Shown here in pieces: positions 24,255 to 37,312 of a stretch of 64,000 nucleotides of DNA. The notes beneath the pieces were generated by a model. That model ran no database searches. It saw only the letters and a list, made by a program, of their open reading frames with translations, and was not told the DNA's origin. Both the position numbers and the translations under genes were made by a program. Each line of letters opens with the position of its first letter. Position 1 is the first letter of the stretch. Source of the stretch: Narcine bancroftii (lineage: Eukaryota); the NCBI RefSeq assembly GCF_036971445.1, contig NC_091473.1, positions 205,964,001 to 206,028,000 of the forward strand, written 5' to 3'.

Positions 24255-25240
24255 TATTTTTGTTGATATTTTATTTAGATCATTTAAGGCCAAACATGCA
24301 ACCAACAGGAAAAAAAACATAACATCTCAAATACAGAAAAGAGCGAGTAATCGATGATACGTAATGACTATAATCCCTCATCCAAATTGCCCCACCCTCA
24401 CAAAGAAATGAAAAGGAAGAATTAATAAAGAAAGAAGAAATCTCGATGAAAAATATACAAAAGAACATTAAAATAAAGATAAATAAGTAAGAAAAGAAAG
24501 AACGGAGGATGTCGGGAATCTGTAGTCTCCTTCACAGCTTTCAAATTTTCAAAACGTACGAGGTCTCTAGGGGACTTTGACGTCGGTCTCGAGGGCGATC
24601 AGGGATGGGGGCTGCCGTGGGCTGAGCACAGCTAAAGATTGACACTCATAGTTTGTATACATGGCTGTCATATGTTTAAAAATTGCATCCCATTTTATTT
24701 CTTAGGTTATAGATAATCTTCTCAAGGGAAGGACAACTGTGCATTTCCACATCCAACGAGTTATACCGCCATGGTCATCAAACTTCGAAGTAACCACTAT
24801 ATATTGCCTGGCCACTGGCAATGCTTCTTGACAAATTGTAGTTGATATTTGAGCAGCCTCATCTTTGGTCTTACTCCCACAATACTCCCATTTAAAAAAA
24901 CAGTTCAGGATTTTGTGGAATTTGAAGCCAAATAATATTCTCTCGGAAACTCCCTTCACCCACCCAGAAGTGTCTCACCTTAGGACATGACCAGGCTGAA
25001 TGTAAAAGGGTTCCTATCTCCTCGCCTCATCTCAAGAATTGTTCCGAAAAATCTGATTGTAATTTATTTAGTTTATTTCGGTGTGATATATAACTGGTGC
25101 AAACAGATTATTCTGCATACCTCTGGTTCTTACATTTATTGTGTTTGTCCTACTGAACAAAATAAATCGGACCATTTTTATCTATGAATTCTTATATTTA
25201 AGTCTAGACTTATCTAACCCTACCCACCCACCCCGTTAAG
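24255..25240 (-). mobile_element. Degenerate L1 3' fragment
   Basis: Minus-strand ORF 24702-24959 resembles the L1 ORF2 C-terminus; T-rich tail on the left. Boundaries approximate. Confidence 0.55.
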
Positions 25241-26105
25241 GAGTTTTACTATGAAGTAAGAGATACATTCTGTTGTATGTTTCTTTGTGTTTTCGTTTTG
25301 ATTCAGACTGCTCTCATCACTGCACCTTGGTAGCATCATTGTTAGGCCCAATTTGTCCCTTAAATAAGCTCTGAACTGAAAATAGTGATGCAATGTAATT
25401 TAGAAGATTGTATCATTCACAATACCGTACTTAGTTTCTCATTGATCAAATGACATTAGTTGACTCTGCTCATAACAGCCCTCGATATACCTGGTCCATT
25501 TCATGTATCGGTATTCAAAATGTTACTATTGGTTGTTTAATATATGAACATATCCAGATTCAGGGGTGTTTTCGGAGATAGCGTAACCTCAACCCTGCAC
25601 AGACCCAATCTGATAATTTATTGCATACCAAATACTTTTTTATATGGAAACTCGAGTTATCTTACATTTCCAATGAAAGAAATCTGACATATTTATTTAA
25701 ATACTTAAAAATAAAACTGAGGCAACGTTATGGGCAGCGTCTGAAACAGATATTGTACTCTTGTAAATATATTCATTTTTACACAATTTACTTTATAGCT
25801 AATAGTATTGGTATTCAAATCATCTTCAAATATTTTAAGCAACCGGAGATAACTTAACGTGCATAAATTCTTTAAATTGTCGCTTCTCGTCCCTACATAT
25901 TGTATCCAATTCAGCGGCCACGGACATTGAGTTTTTCTTTGTCACCTCCAAACGGCTTAATTTCGCATTTATCCCAATTTATTTTATAACCTGGGTCGTT
26001 CCACATAGTCTTCCAGTTCTGAGTACAATTTGTGAAATGAAGTTGCTGATTCTGTCAAATATATCAGTACATCCTCTGCCAATAAATTCGTGCGATATAT
26101 TAGAA

Positions 26106-26236
26106 CAGTGGTTCTCAACATTTTTCTGTTCACTCACATACGACCTTAAGCAATTCCTTATTAATCATAGAGCAGCTACGGCATAGGGAATACTTAAAGT
26201 GGTATGTGAGTGGATACAAAAAGATTGAGGCCATTG
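26106..26236. mobile_element. hAT-family MITE (~130 bp) with 8-bp TSD
   Basis: CAGTGGTTCTCAA...TTGAGGCCATTG imperfect terminal inverted repeats, internal palindrome, TSD TATTAGAA (26098-26105 / 26237-26244). Confidence 0.85.
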
Positions 26237-26269
26237 TATTAGAATATCTTTTATGTAATTTCTGAGGGG

Positions 26270-27300
26270 TAAGATATAGCTGAAACAAAGAAATTACATT
26301 GCATCACTATATCTTACATTTATGTGTATTGGTCATGCATTCCTATCATAAATAGGAACAGTTTGTATCACCAAAATTTTTATTCAAGCCTATTTCAATC
26401 TTTGTTTTGATTTATATAACTTCCCCTACTGAAGTAAGGAATACATTGCAGATGTAAACTTTCCTGGGTTCCCCTTTCGAATCAGTATTTCCATTTCACT
26501 GCACTCTCGGAACATCATGGCCGATTCTAAATCATCCCCAAAAACTATTAAGATTGTATTATTAAGAATATTTTTAACAGTTCAAATGATATTAATTGCC
26601 TTTGTTTACAGGAATGTTCCTCATACCTGCTGTCGTTATGGAACCATTTATGCAGAATGTTGTTATGCATTATTAGTTATTTATGTATTTTGAGTCAAAG
26701 TCTTCTTTGAAGATCTTTTTTACCTTGGTTATAATTAGATTATTCAATTTAAACTAAATATTCAAACTATGCTTTGTTAAAGGTGTTTCATTTCCACCAG
26801 AAATAGATTAAATATTCCATGCATATATGAGATCATCTGATACGCTCTCACCGATTTTGTGCACTTCAATTTCTATCCATGAAGGCTCGTCTCCTCCATC
26901 AAAGAGGGAAGTGACAAATTTCATCTGGGCCACTCAGTAATGTGTAAAAGTTTGGAATTGAAACCCCACCCCCCTCCACATATAGTATTTCCAAACTAAT
27001 GCTTCCGTGGAAACTCTGGCTAACTTACTTTTCCAAAGAAACTTCCTAACTTATTAATAATTTAAAAAATCATTCTTGGTAATGGCACTGGAAGTGTCTG
27101 AAAGATTCACTGTATACACGGGAATATATTTATTTTCATAACAATTAACTCTTCCAAAGTTATTGGAAAAGTCGAACATTCATTTAAATCTTCTTCAACC
27201 TTTTTAAACAAGGGGATGTAGTTCATCTTCCACAAAATCTTCAAGTCATTATCTGTTTTTAATCCCAAAATACATAATCCCATTCTTCAGTTGACTGTGA
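26270..27300 (-). mobile_element. Degenerate L1 ORF2 fragment
   Basis: Antisense similarity to the post-RT region of L1 ORF2 (FLWK..RVS..L..GG...PNF). Boundaries approximate. Confidence 0.65.
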
Positions 27301-27486
27301 TGATTTCTTTTGGATGTACAGGTGCTTGAAATTCCTACCATTGGGAGCTAAAAAGTTGAAGGAAACAAAACATGAAAATCAATCTTCCGATGAAAGGAAG
27401 AAGTAAAGAATAAATGGACAGAGAGTAAAAGAGGACATGACCCTTGAGCCAGAGCACACTCTCGACGAAACCATTTAGCTCTACAT

Positions 27487-28472
27487 CAGGGGTGTCAAAC
27501 TCAAATTCACGGAGGGCCAAAATTAAAAACTTGGACTAAGTCGAGGGCCGAACTAAATATTTATTGAAAATTTTCAACAACATCTGCATGTTTTCTCTTC
27601 TTTCAACATATGTAATGTTAAACTTTTTCTTATTAAAATTAATGTTTAATAATAGTTTTGGATAAACTCTTTCCAGAAGCATTAACAAATGAGAAATAAA
27701 ATATTCAATAAGTAATATTTCTCTATAGAGGATTTGTCAAATGTTGCTAGTGTGCTGTCGAATAGTAAAATCTGAGGGCTATTGAGAATGTGGGAGAATA
27801 ACATGATTCCTGAAACAATCAAATGGGTGACCGATTGTGGGCATGAATTCTAGCAGGGTTATTTGCATGCCCTTTTTCTATTGGTACAGATATCCTTTGA
27901 TTTACACACTTTTCATGCCTAATGAGCTTGTATACAGGTGCAGGACCATTTTTAACCAGGAATATATTTATCACTGTTACATGAAACTATTGGATGATCA
28001 TTTTATCCTGAGATTAAATTTCATAATACTTACTCAGGCCTGTGTGCGGGAGGGCAGGGTTTGCGGGCGATCGGGTTGGACATCGACAGTGCAGGGGCAT
28101 CGGCTCTCACTGCATGGCAGCATCTTGGTGGATCAGCGGCCCCATCACCATAAGTCACGGATTGGCCTGCGGCACGGAGGAGGAGTGGGCAATGGTCCTG
28201 GCGAGGTCAGGTCCGAGGCCTCTGGTTCTGGGCGCTGGGAAGCGGCCTTGGCTTCCCCTGACACCGGCCAGGCCCCAAAACCAGAGTCCATGGTGAGACC
28301 CTGCAATGTAAACAGTGGAGTTGGGGCGATTAGCAGGCTGACGCAAATGCATTCTGGGATTTGTTGTATTACTGTGCATGTGCTATACTGGCCACCTCTA
28401 ATACATTTTTGAAATTATCTTGCGGGCCAAATATAATTATATCACGGGCCAAATTTAGCCAGCGGGCCAGTG
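27487..28472 (+). mobile_element. Non-autonomous hAT (Charlie-like) DNA transposon, ~1 kb
   Basis: Begins CAGGGGTGTCAAACTC; subterminal GGGCC repeats at both ends; 8-bp TSD CTCTACAT (27479-27486 / 28473-28480); right inverted repeat partly deleted. Confidence 0.85.
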
Positions 28473-29037
28473 CTCTACATTACATCGACTTAACGTTGTT
28501 TGTTGCCAAAGTTGCAAAGTGGAAGGGCTCCATGTCACATCTCAGTTGCAGCCTCGGTGAAGATATTTGAGTTGCACACTGAAAGTAAACGAAGTTGCTT
28601 CGAAGTTATGAAATACTAAAGACTGAAGTCACCGTGATTATAGAAAAAATACGGAATGCTGGAGTAATTTAGCAGAAGGTAAAAATGTATATCCAAATTT
28701 TTAGACAGACGTTTAAATTAAATATAAAGGTTTTAATTTGATATGGAGAAGGGGGCCAGCAGAGAGGAATTGATTGGGAGGATGTTTTCGCGAAATGACG
28801 ACAGAGCTGGTCTCATAGAGGAAAAACAGATAGGCGTCTTCATTCAATGGAAAGTCAGGAGAAAAGTACAGGCAAAAAGTGAAATGGTGTTAACGTGCTA
28901 TTGTGATGAGGAAAAGGAGAGAGGAAGTAAGAATTCATTGGGGAGGATGTTTGGGTTATTGAATACAGAGCTGGGGTAATAGAGGAAAACAGAGAGAGAT
29001 TCGATCTTTAATCGAGAAAACGAGAGAGAGCTTAAAG

Positions 29038-29038
<1 letters not shown>

Positions 29039-29075
<37 letters not shown>
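29039..29075. repeat. (GA)n microsatellite
   Basis: Direct inspection. Confidence 0.9.
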
Positions 29076-29077
<2 letters not shown>

Positions 29078-29928
29078 AAGATCCAGAGAGAGAGATAGCT
29101 GGAGGAAAAAGGAGAATGGGATTCTGATGGTAACACGAGAAGTCGATGTAAATGCCATCTGGATGGAGGGTTCCCGAAGCGATTATGACATTTTTCTCTA
29201 CAGTGTTCAGGTTGTCTCGGTCTGATAGTTTACCAGAATATCCACCAATTTACATAAGGGAATCGGACAGGAATAGAAATGTTTCGTTCCTGGGATATTC
29301 TGCTATGGCGGCACTCAAAGCTGAGGTACTGAATGATGCGATCTCCCAGTCTGACATTGAACCCAACACTCAGATACCGAGGAAGGGAGAAAGGAAGGGA
29401 GGAAGGGAGAAAAAAGAGCGAAAGGTAAGATAAATGGAGGTGGGGAAAGAGGGATAATATGTTAGAGGAAGTACGGAAAGAAGGCACGTATTGAAATTGC
29501 GGTCGATGGTAGTCTGAATGCATCAGGACCTTCATTTTGCAATCGCGCAACCAACTAATGCGGAGCACTGACTGAGAAATCCAAATTTAGGGGCAATGCC
29601 CGCTCGTCTTATCGAAATAGAAACATGCCCCTGATCCGCATTTCATCACATCTCTCCGATTCAGAGAACAAACACGACAGATTAAAGCCAGGGGCCATGT
29701 TTTCCCCAGACCAAAGAGAACGCCGTTTCTCTGGTCAATATAGATTATCATGTACGTTTTACCCGATGAATTCAAGTTTCCATGGCATTGTTGCGCCCAC
29801 GATATTTTTCTTATCTCCTTGACTAGTTTCATATTAATTATAATGTTTATTATCGTTGTCGTTGAACAATATACAGATGCGCAGACATTTCTACGCTACA
29901 GCCATGTGGATGTTTGATAAATAAATAA

Positions 29929-32900
29929 GGGGACTTCCTTCTGGCCGCTGATGAAATAGCAACTTTTTGAAATTGGTCCAGCTTATCTTATAATTTTCAA
30001 ATTTTTAAAGTCCTTATTCTTAAAACACGTTGCGCCTTAAATTGATTGGATTAACGGCAGTAATTGTCTTCAATATGGATAGAAGGAGATAAGAGGATCC
30101 TCCTGCATCTTGGGAATCTCTTATGGAATTGCTTGGAAAACATACGAAAGAATTCTGTGATGAGAAAGTAATTCATAAAGGAATTTAAGTAGATGAATGC
30201 TAATTTGGATTAATTTACAGAAATATAAGAAGATCATGACAGACGTATTCATGATAATGAAGCAATCTCGACTGTTGTGGATAGAAGACTGAATTATATT
30301 TCAAGTGTTAAGTAAAAAGCTATAAAATATAATTAAGAATGAAATTAGAATATCATTAACTTAAAAAACAAAAGCAGAGGAAATAACGTACGAATTCAGG
30401 GCTTGAAAGAGTCAAATGAGGGTGATCAACCTACTAAATCCTTCGAAACATTTTTGTTAGAAATGTATGGTCCTGGAGTCTGACGACTCTCCCTGTCAGT
30501 TCCAGTCAGAGAACTCGATCGGTTATTGTATGTCTTCATTAATTTCAAACTAAGAAGCTTTTAATACGTGAATATCGTGGAAGAGGAATGATGGACTACA
30601 AAGGGCAGAAGATTCGTCTACTTGAAGATTATTCTCCCGATGTAACGAGTAAGAGTGTTAGATATAAGAAGATCATGTCGTATTTCTACAACCAAAGGGT
30701 TTAGAGGGGTTAAGTCTTCATTGATTTTCCAATGCTCCTTCGAATTACATTGAAGGACAAATCTAAGAAATAGTTTTGTTCCGATTAAGATGGCCAGGAG
30801 CTTTTGGACGAATATCTGCCATCTATTTACTCTCCGTCAGTGTAACTTTTTTCTCTATTTCACTGTAGATGATTAACTTCTCGAATCTTTTAATTAATAG
30901 AATAAGATCTTATTGATTTAATGCTTTAATTGTTGTTAAATTTTGATTTGAGTGTTCTGAAACATTTTTACCACTTAGAATGTAATAATAAGCTTATTGA
31001 ATGTGATTTAACGATTTAAATTAATCTTATAATGCGGTGGTATCTCCTCGTTGTTCGAAATGCATCAATGGAGATGCTTCATTTATTCATACGTTTTTGA
31101 TTTATCAAATGTGAGAAATATTGGAACCAAATATTTCAACACTTCTCTGCATGCCTAATACCTTAACGTCCTTATTTTGCATAGTTGGAGAGAATGACAT
31201 AAAGTCAACAGCATCTGATCTGCATTTACTAGGTTTTAATTTTCTCATGGCTCGGTGGGCAGTGTTTCTCAGATGGACAGACGTTGCTTTGTCTATTCCT
31301 GCTAAATGGATACGTGGTCTAATGGGATATTGATATTTATAGAAGATTAGATGCTCAATCTTTGAATTATTTCATAAATTTTCATTTGATATGATGGTAG
31401 AAGTTTTTACTAATGCGACAATTTACTACTTCGATAAGAATTTGTTGTTTCTTTGCTTTTAGTCAAACAGCTTATTTCTTGGTATTGGGTTTGGATCTTT
31501 TTATTAATAACAAAATATTAATATAATATAGCTTGCTTGGTTGACAATGTGGGGTACGTTGGAAGAAATTATATGATTTAAGTGCAATGCATCTCCTTTA
31601 CTTTTAACATATATCCTTATCCATGCTGTATTTTTGATGTTAAATTTCAATGTTAATAAAACTAGTGAAAAATGGAAAATATGTTAGTATCTCCGTATTT
31701 TCATTCAAATGGTTTTCGTTTGTTAACAATGGTTTGAATGTCTTATTTTATTGTGAAAACATAATTATCATCTGTGTCTCTGTCCTTTGCATTAATTGTA
31801 GCAGCTGTGTTTTGTCTCGTTTTGTATGTATTTAAGGTTGATTATAATTTTGGAGTTTTGCCCCAGCAGAAAAAAATGAGGAGAGGGAATAACGTGCCAT
31901 CTGTCTTTTAGTCGACTTTCTGGCTGCGGGAGGAGAATTGAGATTATTTTTCTGCATTTTCCTGATAGCTAATTTGGCTTTACAGAGACTCATCTGCTTT
32001 TTATTTATTTCATTCTCAATGCTTGTTCAGTATAATTTGAATTAGCTTTTTACTTGCTTGCCTTATACTAAAAAAATATTAACCAAAGTATTCATTTACT
32101 TAGTTTTAAAGTCAATGGGTTAAATCACCCTGTAAAATGAAATAATAGTTTTCTTACATTAAAAAAAATACAAGATCCAAATTATATTTCAGCAAGAAAC
32201 GCATGTAAGCAACAATGACAACACACATCATTTTAGACGGTGGGAGAGAATGTGCTGTCATTAGTAATTTCTGATTAAATCTAGCGGACTACCGAACTCT
32301 ATAGATCATACAGTTCCCTTTATTCAACATAATCATGTGTCACATAAAAACGGCCGTCTCGCTGTTGTGAGAGGTAAAATGTATAACTAATTGTTAGGCT
32401 TGGTAATATGTCTGCTCCGTATGTGGATGATCCTTAATTCTGTAAACGTTCTATTTCCAGCTTTTCATGATTTGAACCTTTCATATTTAGTGATTAGTGG
32501 AGGCTTTAATTATTAGTTAGATCCAGTCTTTGACCGCTCCTTCTCTGGACCAGACTTTTTCAATCATCGGCTTTATTTATTCAATGTTTAAAAAGAATGT
32601 GGTATTATCAATGTCTGGCATCTGTTTATCATCTAGAATGTAGAGAACATTGTTTTTTATCTTACATGCATTCACAGATCGACTCCTCTTTGTTGATATT
32701 TTAATTGATCCTGCAAATTCGATGGGGAGAATTAAAAAAATATATAATCATTACTGACCATAATCCTGTCTTTATGTCCTTAAAATTCTCGGCTAATCCC
32801 CAAATAAACAGGTATTGGTGTTTCAATTCCACCCTTCTTTCTGGTAAAGATTTTCTTAAAGTTCTTGGAAGAACAAATTACAATCTTTTAAAAGAAATAC

Positions 32901-35300
32901 CGAGGAAGATATTTCTAGTCTTATTGTTTGAGACGCTTTCAAGGCTTTTTATTCGAGTACAATTTATCTCTGATATTGTTTGTATTAACAATAAAAGCCA
33001 AATAAAGAGAAAACTGATATACCTAATCAACTAAAACAAGTAAATCATATTATGACTCCAGACCGTGCGTGTCGAAATTAAAACTAAATTTCATGTCCTT
33101 TTAATATATCCAATAAAATCCAAATTTAAAAAGATAAAAGTAAATTTTATGTTCATGGAAATAAAACAGTCAAACGATTGGCTAACCAACAGAATGTTTT
33201 AGTAGGCAAACGACAAATTAGAGAAATACGCAAAGCTAATGGTATATGACAACTGATCATTTAGAAATAAATGATACCTTTAAGGAATTTTATTCTGAAC
33301 TTTAGAGTTTCAATTTTCCAAAGGATAATATTGTAATGAATCAGCTTTTTAAATTAATCGAATATTCCACTACTTACAGCTGCTGATCAAAATCAGTTGG
33401 ATCAACCCATTTCGTTTGAGGAAATTTCCGAGGTTATCACCATTCTGGGAAGTCACCATGCCATTATAGATTTTCTGGTGAATTCTATAACGTTTTTTTC
33501 TCTCGTCGGTGGTCTGTTTATTTCCCTGATTCTTTTATGTTGGGGAATTGTCACAGACGTTTTAATAAATCTTACATTGTGCTTATTCTTAAAAATAATA
33601 AATAATAAAAAATAATAAAAGCCAATTCGACTGGACGTCATATATGCCAATTTATTTACGTAAAGTTGACATAAAAAAATCCAAAGTTTGGCCAACTATT
33701 TTCCCACTTACTATAACTGACAATCAGACTGGATTTATTAAAATAGGTATTCAATTTCAATATACGCCCTTTTAAATATATTATATATGCTCCTTCGAAG
33801 GCTATTTCAGAATGTGTTCATGGAGAAGGCGTTTGATTGCTTAGAATGGAATTATTCATTAAAGACTTAAGAGACATTTAACTTCGTGTCTGACTTTATT
33901 CAATTGAGACAGTTACTCTATGTATCCACCACCGCATGCATTATTACTGACTTTGAAAATTCTAAATCATTTATTCTGCAGCACGGAACTACGCAAGGAT
34001 GCTCTGTAATCCACTGCTTTTTGATTTGGGTTTAGAATCCTTAGCTGTCGCTTTTGGGAGGATCCAATGATATAATTAGCACTTTTCGGAAGTAGACTAC
34101 CTACAAGGTTTTGCTTCATGATGATGAGGATGATTTATTGCTTTTTATTTCTGATATTGAGACTTTCTATGCTTTCTTTACTTTCTAATTGTAGACACTT
34201 TTCCGGCTATTAGTTGAATTTACGTTAAAGTGAACACTTTCCTTTGAATAATTTGGCAAAGATCAATATTAATTTTCCTTTTACGATTGTAAGAAATCAG
34301 TTTTATAATTTGGGTGTAATAATTACTAAGAATTGTAAATGCCTATTTAAAGAATTTTTTCTCAATTTTAAAAGACGTGAGGGGGCGTTATCAAATGGGT
34401 CATCCATTTTTTTATCGTTTGTTGGTCGAATCAACTCTTACAATTAATATCTGAACCTAAATTTACGTACCTTTGCCAGGCTTTGTCTGTTTTTATCTTG
34501 TCTTTTTTGATGGACATATCTTTTTATATATGGAATGAAAACACACCAGTCTAAATAAATTTCACTTTCAAATATCTAACGAAAAATGTAGATTTAGCTC
34601 CACCAAACTTGAGGTTCTATTACTGGGCCGTGAACATACGAAATATTACGTTTTGCTCATATCATAATAACCATAAAAAATGTCCAATATGGGTTTCCTT
34701 GTAATCTAATTCTGATAGAAAATTTTGTATTATCTATCTTTTTGGATCTTCTCTTGCTGTATCTTTAAATAAATGAAATGATGCTACGGTGATAAATATA
34801 CTTTGAGGATCTGGATATATTTTAGAAAACAGTTACGTTTATTGCGATTTTCATGTTTTTGTCCTATTTTTCTATTTTTTAAAGCTTCTATGGTTGACGT
34901 AGCTTTTAAAAGATAGTATAGATTAGGTATTAAATATTGCGAAGATATATTTGTAGAGGGTGTCTCTCTTCATTCAGCTAAATATAGTTCACTAAATGCA
35001 CGTTGTCGTTTCCTACAGATCATAGATTTTTTTGCGATTCCAATTGCATACATTTTTAATAGCTTTAATAAGAATTTAGAAGATATAAATTTTAAGTTTA
35101 AACCTTTATATAATCATTCAACATCTAACATTTATGGTATGCTGTTGGGAACAAGAGTGCTTTTTTTTAAATAAAAGTTTGAAAAAGCCAGGGAACAAGA
35201 CCTAGAGTTTTGATATTGGCAAGAAATTTGGAAAACAATTTTTAAAAATTGTTAATATTTCATCTTTATATGCTCGCCACGCTTCCCTACAATTTACAAT
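29929..35300 (+). mobile_element. Old degenerate L1 (ORF1 ~30075-30845, ORF2 ~32075-35300) with an L1 3' fragment nested at ~31110-31670
   Basis: SRGNNVRIQGLKE (ORF1); (NV)NGLNHPVK, QQETH, TDHNPV, MEKAFD.LEW, GTTQGC, PNLRFYYWA (ORF2) in decayed frames. Confidence 0.85.
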
Positions 35301-35372
35301 ATGAATATTGAAAATTTATATCGTGCAAGAAAATAATTGCATAACTAAATTTTTTTTCAAAATATGGTGGAC

Positions 35373-35637
35373 GACGTTGGCAATGATCCACTGCCTTACA
35401 GACACCTCAGATGAGATCCGAAGAAGGGCAAACCATAAAACTGCACTGCAATTACCCTCCTACCTTGATAGTCCACACCAGTTAGTAGTACATCCTATAT
35501 CCTGAAGAATTATAGAGACATCTACTATCGAGCAGTCAGATCAATTCAGAGTCAGATAGTATTGATTTCTATTTGAAATAAACGTTACCAATATTTTTAT
35601 TATCTCTGACGCTGCTCTCTCCAACGATGCCACATTA
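35373..35637 (+). pseudogene. TCR V pseudogene (family of V at 7289)
   Basis: QMRSEEGQTIKLHCNYPP..**YILYPEEL*RHLL...IISDAALSNDA then heptamer-like CACATTA (35631); AVYxC region missing. Confidence 0.7.
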
Positions 35638-35714
35638 GAACTCAGTGTTTCTGAAGATATTCTCTTTTCATTTCTTTCTTCTATTGTTAGGGCCGCCGGT
35701 ATTGCATATGAGGA

Positions 35715-36300
35715 CTCTTTGTTTTTTTTTAATCAACGACAGACAGGAGTTGACATCGATACATTTTAGTATTTAAAAAGTTAATTAAGAGACAACAAAT
35801 GGAAAATCTGAAACTTTGAAACCAACACTGAGACAGATTATTCGTCAATCGGAAAATTAGGACATCACTGCAGTTCCAACGATAAACCAAGACTGACCTG
35901 CTAAACATAAGAACCTGTTCTGCTGCAGAAAGTAATACTATCGGTGCACAAATAAATTGTACCTTATGCATGACCATGGACGCACTATCATTAGCATTAT
36001 TAAAACATGAATTCAGAAATAGATTTAGATTTAGGCATTGAAAAGAAAAAAAAAGTCTATTAAATATATCTATTACATGAATTGGAGATGACATCCACCT
36101 CATAATTTACATATTTTTATGTCTCTTCCTCAACTAGTCCCCCACTCTCTCCCTTCTAATAATTGAAGCAAAGATATATGGAATTATCATGAGGAGTTTC
36201 CTAATTGGTATTCTTATTTGTATAAGTATGTACTTACATATTCCTGTTATTTCAATGATATGTGCTCTAATAAGACGTCTCTTCTTGATTCTATCTCTTC
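35715..36300 (-). mobile_element. Degenerate L1 3' fragment
   Basis: T-run at left end; antisense similarity to the L1 ORF2 end (LRWMSSPIH.IDI). Confidence 0.55.
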
Positions 36301-36506
36301 CCCAGATTTAGCCCACATCGGTAGATGAGAGCGTCCTTGTTCAGATTGGGACGGTTGTGAGAGACAATTTATGAATATTCAACTAAATGCCCGTAATATC
36401 CCGAGAGAAGAGTATGATCCTAATCTGCATTTCCTCACATCAACGTGATCGGACACAGAAGCACTATCATATCGATTGGAGGAGATTTGTTTTCAAATCA
36501 AACACC

Positions 36507-37103
36507 ATGTCCTTCTTCTGCTCTATATTGATTATAATTTCGCGTGCTCCAGTAAGTATTTGTTTTAATGGACACTGTGGTGACCGTGGCTTCGGTGGTG
36601 GTCCACATCACTCAGAGATTCCACACTTTATTTGCAGTTGCCAATGGCGCAGATTGAAGCACCGAACAAACGCCTGAGCTGTCTGGCGAATATTGCCAAA
36701 CTGTCACATTGAATATCAGTTATCCTGCACATTATCTAGTTAACCTGTATTCAGAAATATTCAATATCCTGGGCATTAAGAAATAAAACACGAAAGTCTG
36801 CAGACAGAGTGGTTGAAAAAATAACATAATGCAAAAGAAATTCAAATGGTCAAACGGTGCAGTTTATCCAGTAAAGATTTTTTTTAAAAAGTACACAGCC
36901 AACGTTTCAGGCTTGAATCCTGCATTAAGGGAGGAACACTGATAACCAATAAAAATATTACCCTCTGGGTCCGCAGACCGGTCACGTGTGTACACAGCCA
37001 AGTGTTCTGCTGTGAATCGATTGTTTCCGTCTTTCTCTCAGCCGTGCATGTGTTCCATGAGCCCCACACCGCGGCAGAGAAGCAACAAATCTGAATGAAA
37101 TAA
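36507..37103 (+). pseudogene. TCR V pseudogene interrupted by a ~150-bp repeat (36781-36930)
   Basis: Leader MSFFCSILIIISRAP + GTAAGT; TTTGCAG acceptor at 36637; ANGAD*..QTVTLNISYP..IQYPG | IKILPSGSADRS..SAV..MSP; heptamer CACACCG at 37065 with spacer similar to the RSS at 38652. Confidence 0.75.
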
Positions 37104-37312
37104 AACCCGGAGGTTCCAGCGAGCACCTTCGAGCGGTTCTTCTCTCCCCGGTAAACAGAAGTACTGCGAGAGAGAAATGCATTTGAGCTTTCAGCATGTA
37201 CGATGCCAAGCTTCTCATCCAAGGCGCAGATAATCAATAGTCCCGATGTTCTTCACTTCATTCAAGATGGTTTCGGGAAGTTATAATGAGTTTTCAAATG
37301 CAGAACCTTTGG

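Noticed and set aside
27310-28620. Possible V remnant split by the hAT element (TI*LYITS; CACACTG at ~28575)
   Set aside because: No Cys/Trp motifs or nonamer; not supportable by eye.
36555-36625. J-like element: CACTGTG followed by FGGG inside a leader intron
   Set aside because: The nonamer-like AGTATTTGT is 9 nt away rather than 12, there is no T.L.V motif or donor, and the stretch aligns with ordinary paralogous introns (51654-51738, 40121-40205).
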